Assembly (NCBI GenBank): GCA_976551045.1
Contig: CDPCPM010000028.1
Location: forward strand, 7,130,001-7,194,000
Origin: Glaucostegus cemiculus
Taxonomy: Eukaryota
DNA length: 64,000 nucleotides
Direction: 5' to 3'
Below the pieces are notes generated by a model. The model worked only from the letters and a program-made list of their open reading frames with translations. It made no database searches and was not told where the DNA came from. The translations under genes and the position numbers were made by a program. This document shows, in pieces, positions 11,770 to 23,146 of the stretch. Position 1 is the stretch's first letter, and each line of letters starts with the position of its first letter.

Positions 11770-12354
11770 TTGTTAAGGTGTAGCTGAAGCTATTGTGGCA
11801 TAGTGTTTTGTTGTTTGGATCAGTCTGGTCACTGGACTAGTAACACGTGGTTGATGGGTTAACTTCCACTGTTACAACTTTTAAATCAGGTAATTAAGAT
11901 GCCCATGATGAAAAAGAACTTAAGTGTTTTTCAATACTGCCCTTAAAACAAGACCACCTTTGTTTAGACGGTGCATAACCTATTTTACTATGTGGTTAGT
12001 TCTTTTTTTCCATCTAAAGTAGCCTATCAATGAATCTCACTTTAGAGCATCTAATAGGAAATAAATATGGTCTTAACAGTGTCATCCATATCCATAGAAT
12101 TTTTTAAAAAGATTATATTTGCAACTAACTGGATATGAAAATTAGAAGCTCTACTTCAGTTCAAGCATAGAACTTAGAACAAGACACTGTTCTAAAACAC
12201 TTAAGTTCTTTTTCATCATGGGCATCTTAATTACCTGATTTAAAAGTTGTAACAGTGGAAGTTAACCCATCAACCACGTGTTACTAGTCCAGTGACCAGA
12301 CTGATCCAAACAACAAAACACTATGCCACAATAGCTTCAGCTACACCTTAACAA
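11770..12354. repeat. Perfect 161-bp inverted repeat (11770-11930 / 12194-12354), 263-bp spacer
   Basis: Base-by-base reverse-complement comparison shows no mismatch. Confidence 0.97.
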
Positions 12355-12476
12355 ATAAATATGGTCTTAACAGTGTCATCCATATCCATAGAATTTTTTT
12401 AAAAGATTATATTTGCAACTAACTGGATATGAAAATTAGAAACTCTACTTCAGTTCAAGCATAGAACTTAGAACAA
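12059..12476. repeat. 124-bp direct repeat (12059-12182 / 12353-12476)
   Basis: Direct comparison, 2 substitutions. Confidence 0.95.
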
Positions 12477-13270
12477 TACAGCACAGGAACAGGCCCTTCA
12501 GTTCACGATGTCTGTGCTGACCATGATGCCAAATTAAACAAAACCTATCTACCTGCGCATTATCCGTATCCCCTCATTCCTTGCCTGTTCATGTGTCTGT
12601 CTAATTGTCTCTTAGATGTTGCTATCCTATCTGTTTCTACCATCACCCCTGGCAGCACATTCCAGGTACCCACCATGCTCTTTGTGAAAATTAAACTTGC
12701 CACAAAAATCTCTTGTAACTTTCACCCTGTCACTTAGTATTTGACATTTCCACCCTGGAGAAGACTGTCATCAAACCCTGTATATTCCACTCATAATTTT
12801 ATATACCTCTATCACATTGCCCCTCAGCCTCTGACTCTCGGGGGGAAAAAATCCAGGTTTGTTCAATCTCTCGTACAGCTAACTTCAATCCATTTACTGT
12901 GTATTTTCCCCTTGCATTTGACCTCTCAAAATGCATCACCTCACACTTGTGCAGATTAAGTGCCACCTGCAGTTTCTCTGCCCAAATTTCCAGTTTATCT
13001 GTATCATGCTCTATCCTTTGACAACCTTCCTCGTAATCCACAGCTCCACTGATTTTTGTATCATCTGCAAATTTAAGCAGAGGACTGAGCATTGATCCTT
13101 GCGAAACACTACTGGTCACAGCCCTTCAGTGAGGAAATAAAAAACCTCCACCACTACCCTTTGTCTTCCAGGACCAAGCCAATTTTGTATCCAACTTACC
13201 ACCTGACTATGGATTCCAGGTGACTTGGTCTTCTGTACCAGTCTACCGGGAGGGGCCTTGTCAGATACTT
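12461..13270 (-). mobile_element. CR1 LINE remnant with internal deletions (RT fragment plus 3' tail)
   Basis: ORF 12799-13119 contains QGSMLSPLL and KFADDTKISG...KCEVMHF; tail ATAGAACTTAGAACAATACAGCACAGGAACAGGCCCTTC. Confidence 0.9.
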
Positions 13271-14394
13271 TGATCTTTCGATATTAATACTTGATGGTAT
13301 TTGGGATAACGAAACCATTACACTTTTTGTATTTGATTTGCAATGCATTGTAACAAGATTTTGTCTACATGTACTCTTTAGCCATTAGTATAGGTGAAAG
13401 GCTGGCCGTCCTGCAGTACGTCTGTTGTGAAAATGAATAACTGATTTGTGGCAAAAGCTGAATTCCAGATATTAACTTGCTTGTGGAATTAGTGGCACAA
13501 AATCCTCTGACTCTCGGGTACAAAAATACTTCTCACTTAAGGCATGATATGAAGTGATTTCTGAATCAGTTGCACTATATTTTTAATTGTCAAGTCTTCA
13601 TTGCCAGAAAGGTCACTCAGTGTTGATTAAATATTTGGGTCATATTTAAGGCTGAAATTTAAGCTCTGTTCATCACTGAATGTTGCATCCTTTCTTTAAA
13701 TACTGATTTCCTCCTTATCTAATAGTTCTTCAGTGGTTTGGAGAGTATAACTTGCCATAAAACCAGCCAGTTCATATTTGGTCATTTTCATAACAGGAAG
13801 ACAAGCGTTCACCTTCCAGCAGTGCTATTGTTATATTTCTGATGATGACATTGGCTCTACTATTTTGAGTACCTGTGCTAGACCTGACAAGCTATTGAAG
13901 AATGGTCCAGACTTGCTGTTTTGTCAAACATTTTCCAGAAGATAAAATCTATGCTAACTTTTGGATGGTCACACGAGCAACAGATGAATAGGCGGCTCAC
14001 TTTATGTAATTTCAGATTGGATAATTTTTAACAAAAAATGTTGTCAACCAGTTGTGTACTCGAAGGTCTTGTGTGGATCTCTGTTCCAAAACTGATGTGT
14101 AATACATTTAACTACATTATTGGAAAAAAAACCAGATAGGTACACTGCAGCTGGTGACATTAAATCACACCTGATTTAACTGCATAGTTATATTATGGGC
14201 AGCCCCAAAATGTTGGAATGAAAGTTAGGTGTCATATGTTTCTTAAGCTTTTTGGCAGCTATTAAGCTACCACCAACTTGTGTTTTTCTAAAATTTATTT
14301 GCAGAAGTAAATGTCTTATTAAATACTGTAATTTTGCTTAAATGGTTTTATGGATAACTGTATATACTTCATATTTGCTTCACTTTTATTTTAG

Positions 14395-14631
14395 ATCATA
14401 CCTCCTCCCTGTAATGCTCCTGAGGTGGATTTGCAGACCAGTGCTGCTAGTGTACCCATTCCAGCTGGAGGTTCAGGCAAGGCAGTACCTGTTCCACTTC
14501 CTGTAGATGTTTCTTCTTCTGCCTTTCAGTCTGTCCAACAGGTCTTTGCAACTCTTTCAACTCCAAAGACTACAGTAGAAAAAGAGAGCCTGAAGGAAGA
14601 ATTTGAAATGGAAAAGCCCAAAAAGGACAAG
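14395..14631 (+). CDS. SCAF11: SCAF11 coding exon (approx. exon 13), ends at a GC donor
   Basis: ttttag acceptor, 237 nt phase 0-0, AAG|gcaagt donor; KPKKDK|KCTIQE aligns to human KTDK|KLQIQE. Confidence 0.82.
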
Positions 14632-14957
14632 GCAAGTCTAGAAGAATCAGTGAATTAATTACATTTATTGAATTACCTATCTTCACATCAGAAATCAGGA
14701 GGAGGCAATTCAGCCTGTCATGTCTATCCATCTGATCTTAGATTTTAATCTTTTTAAAGCTTTTGAACCTGTGGATTAAATAATGGTGCATATGGTTTAT
14801 GTAAGACACTTTTATTGTTCCTTCATCCACATTAGTTTAATGCTGCCATCCGTTGTTGATTTTGTTGATGTTTTTAAGCCTTGTTTTGGGATTGGGGTGA
14901 TACCTTCATTGAAGCTGGTTAATACAGAACATACAACATTTTTTTTCCAATACATAG

Positions 14958-15077
14958 AAATGTACTATTCAGGAAAGAGCTGTAGAAGAGGTAAAACTAG
15001 CCATCAAGCCTTATTACCAGAAGAAGGACATTACCAAGGATGAATACAAAGAAATTGTCCGCAAGGCAGTGGATAAG
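14958..15077 (+). CDS. SCAF11: SCAF11 coding exon (approx. exon 14), CTD-binding domain part 1
   Basis: [40 protein letters not shown]; tag acceptor, AAG|gtaaaa donor. Confidence 0.96.
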
Positions 15078-15661
15078 GTAAAATTTTGAAGTGCATTTTA
15101 ACTGTACCGTGATTATTTATGGTGGCTAAAAAAAAATCAGAACAGAATACTTTGCAGAAGGAGAGAACTTATAATATACTAGTAGAGTACTGTGCACCTT
15201 CAATTTCCACATTTGGTCACTTTTGTTTAATTATCAGGTTTTTTTTTAGGTTGCTAGTCAGTAAACCAGAGAGGAATAAGAAAGTGTAAATTATCAATCA
15301 CATATACAATTATCCTTCCCTTAGATTATTTTAGTTCTTGGTATTTGGCCTAAAATTACATCAATATTAGGGCAATTTCTAAAGAGTATAATAATTGCAC
15401 TATTGAGCATTAAAAATATTGATTAAAACAAGGACTGTCACAAGTAAAGACTGCAACATGTTGGGATATACAGAGGAAATAAGTGATTGTTATGTATTTG
15501 ATAAAAGATCTGGAAAAGGCGTTTAAAAGTGTTCCAGAAATCGGCATTGTACCTTGAGTAGAGGCTGGTGGATGGAAAACAGAACATTTAATGCACTTAC
15601 ATTCACAAAATGTCAATTGTTGCATGTGCTGAGAAGTGTTGTAAATAGACAACTATGTTTC

Positions 15662-15787
15662 CATAAGACACAGGAGCAGAATTAGGCCATTCGGCCCACA
15701 TTATTTGCTCTGACACTCGATCATGGCTGATTTTTTTTTCCCCTCTCAATCCCATTCTCCTGCCCTCACCCCGTAACCTCTGTGACA
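15662..15787 (-). mobile_element. CR1 LINE 3' tail
   Basis: CATAAGACACAGGAGCAGAATTAGGCCATTCGGCCC...CCCATTCTCCTGCC. Confidence 0.75.
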
Positions 15788-17165
15788 ATCTGTTTTCATG
15801 CCAATATTAAGGGAGAAGGTTAAGCAACAGGAAAAGTAGTAAAAGATGCCAGAATGAACAGGAAATGGTGGTGGGGAGATGGTTGGCTTGCCCTCTATTC
15901 ATGTAATAAATGCAGCAAGGTATCTCAGATTCAAATATTACAAAACAAATTGGAAACCGTTAGCCACTGCCTAACATGAGATAACGAGGCAAAGAACATT
16001 TTGAATGAAGCCTCAAATGAATAAATGAACTGGATGGCAAGAAAATATCAATAAAAATAAATGATTTAATCTGATTTCAGCCTCCAAAGAAGAAGAGAGC
16101 TAGTGGCAAACACTGCAAAGGAAATTCTGCAACTCATTTACACAAACTCATTAAACGGAGGTGTTTCATTTTCCCGCCCCCCCCCCCCCCAGCCAAATAT
16201 TGTGTGGATCATTGTTTGTGACCTTCACTTTTATTCCATCCTGCCCTCCTTATTCTCCATCCCCACCTAATTGCCCCCTGGCCTCGCGCACACCCACAAC
16301 AAATTTTTGAACTCTCTCACCTTTGTAAAATATTTGATACCACAGGTTTTTTAGGTTGGTGATAGGTAGGCAGCAATTGTTTGGTACTGAAGGAAATTTT
16401 GCATTAAATGGGGAGTACAGAAAGTCCCGAATCTGTGCTCTACTCTTTCCCCAACTTCATTGTTTCAGACTGAAAGTGGGGAGGGAATTGTGATCCCTCA
16501 GTGAGGGGTTAGTTTCAGCTTGTACTTCCTTCTTCATGCTGAAAACTTGTTGATCCTTGCTGACCTAAATTTCCCTACCTCAATATTCTTTTTAACCTCC
16601 TGTCAAATTTTTGTAGGTATGCGCTAACTTTTCTCAGAGGCTTTATCAGGCAGAGACCTAGTCACGTGAAGTTTGTGTCCCTTTTCTCCTACTCCTCAAC
16701 TGCCTCATTTCTCCCTCCACACATTTATTCCTTCTTTACCTTCCCTTCACCTGGCCCGCCTCACCCCAACCCTGTCACCCTTCCCTCCCCCTTGCCTCCC
16801 AGCTCCTTGCCCTCGACACCCTTAAGCTACCTTATAATTCCATCTGTTTCCTTGCCTGACTCCCTCTACTGCTTCCAACTTCAATCTTTTATTTATTTTA
16901 ATGTTCATGATCTTTTATATCCTTTACCTTTAAATTCTGCTTTACAAGTAGAAATTCTAAGCCAAAAATTACTCATGTCAAATCAGGTGGTATTTTTGAG
17001 AATGTTACTGGTCTTTTTATATTGCATTCATCAAACTGAATAAAACTACTTCAGATTTTAAACTGTTCAAAGCAAAATTGTGGTAGTTTCTACCTTTCAT
17101 ATTTTCACTTCATAAATGCACATTTATTAAATTGATCCACTGAAATATGTCTGTTTATTTCTAAG

Positions 17166-17312
17166 GTTTGCCATAGCAAGAGTGGTGAAGTAATCCCAGG
17201 AAAAGTAGCAAACTTGGTAAAAGCATATGTAGAGAAATATAAACATGCAAGGAAAGGGAACCCAAAGCAAAATCCTGAAGAATGCAGTATCATTGGGAAC
17301 AAATCTTTTTAA
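17166..17312 (+). CDS. SCAF11: SCAF11 last coding exon, CTD-binding domain part 2 and stop
   Basis: [31 protein letters not shown]...NKSF*; aag acceptor, TAA at 17310-17312. Confidence 0.96.
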   Translation, partial: VCHSKSGEVIPGKVANLVKAYVEKYKHARKGNPKQNPEECSIIGNKSF

Positions 17313-20300
17313 ATGATATAAAGATATAGCAGATTGATTACCAGTGTTAAAATGAACCCAAAATAGAATGATGAGTAGGAACTTTGTTTTCCATTGGTTC
17401 ATATAATTTTTCCTACAGAGATTGTGTTTTTTTTAAATGGAAGCATTTGGGACACCACAATAACATGAAATAAAAAGCATGCTGTTGTTAGTTATCTGGA
17501 GTTGCAAGGATGATATGATCGGTCCTGGCCCCTCCTGTGGGCTGTCAGTAGATCAGCTGTATAAATGTGATATTTGTTTAGATGATTTCCTAATGTATCA
17601 AATTATCTCTTACTGATTTTTTTTGTTAACTCTAGTTAGTGTTTTTGTAAACAGTTTGTATGCTGTACAAATGCCTCCAGGTTTAACTGGAAGGATCTGG
17701 ATCATGTAGTTGCACTAAAGACTGGCAACTGAGGCTGATCAGCTATTTTAGTGCATTTAGGATCTCAACAAAAATGATTGCTTAATTCTGCTAGGACTGT
17801 TGCTCAGTGGGAAAATGTTTGATAAAAGATTTGATTCTATAGTTTCATTTTTGAGAAAAGCAGAAAAGAATGGTTCAGAATGTGATAGGAGTATTCTGTA
17901 ATACTTAACCTACACACCGAAATAAATTTTCTGCTGCTTGTCAAAACAGTTTCTGGGTCTTGATGAACATGTATATGGGTTTAAGTTTGAAGATCAGATG
18001 AGAAATTTGTATTTCTACTCAAAGTGGAATCCTTTGTAAAAGTATTTTTGTTTGATGTCCTGGTGATGGTATTATAGTAGTACATTCCATTAGGTGCTGA
18101 CGTTGTTCTGTTATCTTTAAACACAATAAATTAGTATGGCAATAGACAATTTAAATACTGGGGAGGATCTTGTATTGTAAATGTCTATATAACTTAAATA
18201 TTGAATGAAGCTCAATTTTTTTGGTATTATCAAAGGCTTGAGTTCTGTATTTCTACAGCTTCCAAAACACTATTGCCGGCAGTGCTTCATATTTTTTATA
18301 TTATCGCTAACAATCATATCACATGCCTGCTAGTTATTGTTTAATGGAATTTTGTAATAGAACATCAAACCAAGTTGTTGCCACCCTTCTCTTTTTCAGT
18401 CATTGGGTTTTTTGAATGTTCCTGCAGTGGGATTTCCTCTTAATCCATTCGGTTATATTGCAAGGAACCTCGACACTTTTCACAATGAAACATACTTTCA
18501 TTTTTGAGAAAAAGGCTAGCACATTTTATGTTGGAAGTAAATCCAATTTACTGAAAAGACTCACACTTAGAGCAAAAATGTACCAATGAAAGAAATAAAT
18601 GTGAGAAATTCATTAATTCCAGGAAGATAAGGTTAGTAAATTTTAATATGGTTCAATAATATTGAAAATGCCATATTAACATGTATTTAAACAGTGGAAT
18701 AATCCTGAAAGTTAAATGTGTACATCCAAAGTTGCTTACCATTTTAACTATTTGCATGTTCTTCATTAATATTCATAGGCTAACTATACAAGGCAGAAAA
18801 AATGTTTGAACAGATTCTTAGAAAATAACAGTGTTTGGACTCCAAATACAAATGAGGCTTCTCAAGTCTCCAAACTTCCAGTGTTGCTTTTTAAAAATCC
18901 CTTAACAAAGCTGTTTACTCTCAATGGGCTTTGAATATATCTTGCGACTTTGGTTATTGGTTTCTTTAGCCGAATGATTCAATAAGAGATGGGGCCTTTT
19001 AATTTTCCTTGAATGTAAGAGAAACAAGGCCTCTTGTATTGAGGAGATTGTTGGTCATAGTTTAAAATTACAGAACATTGTAGTTCTTTGTCCTATTGGA
19101 TGAGGGCCAGCTTTGCATCCATTTCTCAAAGCATGCATCCTTAATCCACAAATCTAAAATGTATCTCTCTGGCAAGAAAATTAAGTCAATTACTGAACCC
19201 TGATGTGTATTACATCTTGGGACTAATGGACAGTCACCATTTCAGGATGCTTATTCTCCTCTCTGGTGTCCAGCAAATGGTCAAAATATAGTTTAATGAT
19301 GGGAGTGGTGTAGTGGGTAGGGCAGGGCAAGTGTAATTTTGCCACTAATTTCTAAGTAAATTTTAGCATAATATTTGAGCATTGGATCCTGTTCTTGTGC
19401 AAAATTTCCAACAGGGTTATCAGATAAGAATCGTGTATTTTCACGCCCCCCCCCCCCCCCCAAAACCCCTGTCTGTGTAATTAAGGTGTGCTAGGACCAA
19501 TTGTTCACTTTGCTGCCATTGTAGTTGAGATCAGATTGTCAACAATAACCAGAATTTAATCTGGGCCCTCTGGTCTGGCGGCTCAACCTCACACCTTTCA
19601 CTAATTGGTCCACTAGGGAAGGAAGCCAGTTTCCACGTTAAACAGGATTAGCATTTGCAAGTCATTGGCACAGTTCACCTCTGTAGGATTCAGTATTATT
19701 AATTATCTGCAAGTGATTGTTGTGCATTTTGGAATCTCAAAATGTAATTGCCTGGTACCAAAGGCTGCTTGCGTTTACCTTTGTGGCTAGTTTAGAGAAA
19801 GAAGTGGTTTCTTGTGAACCTGTTGTTAATTTATGTTTATTGAGCCAGAATTTTAAATTAGACTAACCAGGATAAATCTTTAAATGTATATCAGTGTCTT
19901 AATAGGCAAGATGGTTTTGTAACTATAGAATCAGAAATATTGTTGACATTTGCCATCGCTGATCCAAGTTGTTTTGTACAAGTCTTTCAGATGGATCTAA
20001 ATGGCTCTCTAGACATAACATCTTTGTACCAACGGGTGGAATCCACTGAAGTGGCTTATTGTCTCACTGATACACAGATGATCCATTTTTGGCACTGCTA
20101 GTCAAAGTACATTGGTCATGCATTTACATGCATTGTGGTTTATTAGAAGCTGAATTTGCAGTCATAAGGCTGGTAATGCATTTCACATGAGTACATCCAG
20201 GATGTTATCAAAGGCCAAGCATCTGCTTAATATTTTGAAAACTAAGTACCAGATTTTCTCATCAGTGTATTCTTAACCTGAATGGATATTGGCACTGATC

Positions 20301-20553
20301 AAGCTTTAGCCCTTAGCGCATCCTAATCTGATGCTCTTTTGTTTTTAAGTACCCTCTTCATACTATATGGAGTAGAATAAATTTTTAAAAAGCTTACATT
20401 GATTTAGCTGTGAACAAAGATTTGTTGACTCTGGCACGGTGATTTGAGTTTGGTAGATTGGTGCAGGTATTTCAGTCTCCTGGATTGCTCAAATTAATGT
20501 ATTTTACCTATTTTGTAAAATAGTTCTGTTGTGTGATGTACATAGTTTAAACT

Positions 20554-20559
20554 AATAAA
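20554..20559 (+). terminator. Probable distal poly(A) signal of SCAF11 (3'UTR about 3.3 kb)
   Basis: AATAAA with upstream TGTA motifs and downstream U/GU-rich sequence; proximal AATAAA also at 17469, 17921, 18125. Confidence 0.5.
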
Positions 20560-23140
20560 ACCCTTTTGGTTTGCGTTGTAAATAATTTATTTACAAATGT
20601 TTTACTGATCCCTTCAATCCTAAAGCGTTGGATTAAACAGACTAATTTCTAAGCAAATGCTCAACTCCCCATACAATTGGTGAGGGTGGATAAGAGAATT
20701 ATCTTTGCAGGCTTTGGCAGGTACAGTTATCTACACCACCTGTTACACATTTTGTTTTCTTAAGTTTACTATGAACTGTATTGTACTTATTTCCAAACTG
20801 AGAAGAATCTTCAAATACTTTAACCACTGTAATATTTGAAGAATAGTACAGAAAAACAAGATGCTGATAGGGGAACCTCTCTGTTCATACAACAGTGTTA
20901 AATAGTTTAGCAAACAACATAGAATGATATTGTCCAATATTAGGTACAGTAATACATTGCTGAAACATCAGCTTCCCACAATGGTTCAAAATACCAACAG
21001 GCAAAGCTAGAAGTGTTTCACTAGTGTAGAAGGAATTAAGGATAACGTTTAGCAAAATTGCAGCTCAGCGTGTTGGTATTTGGATCTTCGGGCAGTTCCA
21101 TGGGGTCAGGGTGACTTGATTCCATTTGAATTCTGTGGGTGCTGAGGTGACAGGTGACTCAGCTGGGATAGTGTGATGCCCTCCTTTTGTTTATGCTGTG
21201 CTTCTGTGCTTTCCAAAATGCATGAACTCTCAGTTCTTAGTGCCATCCCAAGTGATCCTCTGTTTTGAGTGGGGATGTTACTTTTTTTCCCCCCCAAGGT
21301 TTTGGAAACTTTGAATTATTTCCTGCTATAACAGAGCTGTGTTTGTTTCAGGGGCCTCATGTCTGGCACACAGCTACATGGCCTGCCCATCAGAGCTGAT
21401 TACATCTCACTGATTAGGGTCTTAATGCTGGTGATGTTGGTCTGGGAGAGGATGTTGAATTGTTCATCCTGTCAGTGGGTTGGAATATTTTGCAGCCTGA
21501 GTTGGAGCTCTTCAGTGATTTGAGTCATGCGCTATGGTTAGTCCTTACCTCAAGTATACAAGCTGGATTAGAGTTTGTATTTGAACCAGGCAAGTGCAAT
21601 ACCTGGGAGGAAAACATTAAAAAGAAACTGAAGCACACAGTTAGTTGACAAGATAATTTATCTGTTTCCCTTGACATAGTATAGGGAACAGATTCATTAA
21701 TAAAAAACAAAAAATGTATTCATCATGACTGAGGCTTATTTGATTGTACAAGTTCAAATAGAAGGTAAAATATTTAGGAAGGATACATATTACTTGAAAG
21801 GGAAGTCTAAATGTGAACAAAATGATTTCAGAATACAAATATACCAATGACAAAGTTGACGCAGATTAATAAGGCCTTACTCTAGTGCTTGGGTTGCTTT
21901 TTCTCCCCCCCAAAAAAAGTATAGAATTGGATAGTGTCTCAAAGCTGATTGCCATACTGTGAACAGTTCTGGTCATTTGAAACAGGCACTGGACTGAGTA
22001 CGGAGTTGGCTTACGAGGATAATACTAAAAATGCAAGTGATTATGTTATTGAGAAAGCATGAACAAAGTATATTCTTTCTGTTGACTGAAGCTCAGGGCA
22101 ATCCAATTGAAGTGTCTACATAAGTTTTGATTGAATGTATAGACAGTCTAGCCAAAAGCCATCAATATGATGGGTTGCAGAGTAGTAGGGAATAAGAAAC
22201 TTTAGTCAAAGTTTGCTGAGATTGTGAAGCATTGTGGAGCTTATCTTAGTGTTTGAAGCAAATATATAAATGCAAAATATGGGTGCTATGTAATGGCATC
22301 AGTGTCCCATTTATTGACTCAGGTTATACTTAATTAGGAAAAATTGAATTCTGTGTCAACACTGTTGGGTTTAGTTGTAATTTAGTGGCGTCCTGAGCTC
22401 CAGCCTAGAATGCAGTAAATTGTTTGCAGACCCACATTGAGCCATGTGTGACATTGTCATGCCTAATGCATAGCTACACATGCAAATCTAGTTAAATAGG
22501 GAAAAGTGTTTTGATGTATTTACAAAAAAAGTAAACTGTCAAGGCACGTTCTTTGGGATAATCACTTCTATTGGGGGAGGATGCAAACAGCTGATTGATG
22601 CTCAAGCACTTTGAAGAGTTCAAAACTGCAGGACAAGCAGAAAGATCATTAGTACATCCAATAAAGAATGCAGAAGCAGCTTTTTTAATGAAAGATTGGC
22701 AAGAATGTGCTAGTAAGACCAACAAATAATTGGAAACTTTATATCCCAAGTAGCATTTTTTTCTCCTTGTAGATCAGGAGTGTGGATGTTACATCACAGC
22801 TTTTTGGCAAATTTGTTGCATGTCAGATGATTGGCCTGATACCAAGTTATATGCCACTTGGCAATAAAATATCCTAAAACAGGATAACAAAAGAGCATAG
22901 GAGATTCTTTTATCAGAAGCATTATTATAGTTTCTTCCCCCCCCCCCCCCATCAGTTAAATATATCATTATACTCTTCATCAGTTCCAATAATTAACTCT
23001 TAGACAGCTTCCAGTGCCAAGTAAAATAATTCAAGCAGCAACTATATCAGTCATAATTATGGGTTTTTTTTCCTGGTTTCACACTTTCTATAGATTGCTT
23101 GAAATAAATAAGTGAAAACATAAATCAAAGTGTCCAGTCT

Positions 23141-23146
23141 TTTATT
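23141..23146 (-). terminator. Probable poly(A) signal of ARID2 (3'UTR about 1.3 kb)
   Basis: AATAAA on the - strand followed about 25 nt later by U-rich TGTTTTCACTTATTTATTT; proximal alternative at 23911-23916. Confidence 0.55.

Noticed and set aside
16172-16190. Poly-C/G tracts (also near 1986, 19446, 22937, 42758, 45987, 47888) as G-quadruplex elements
   Set aside because: Simple homopolymers, common in these genomes and error-prone in length; no further support
16680-16880. C/T-rich tract with a Pro/Ser-rich 125-aa ORF
   Set aside because: Low-complexity pyrimidine tract, probably a decayed repeat tail; not coding
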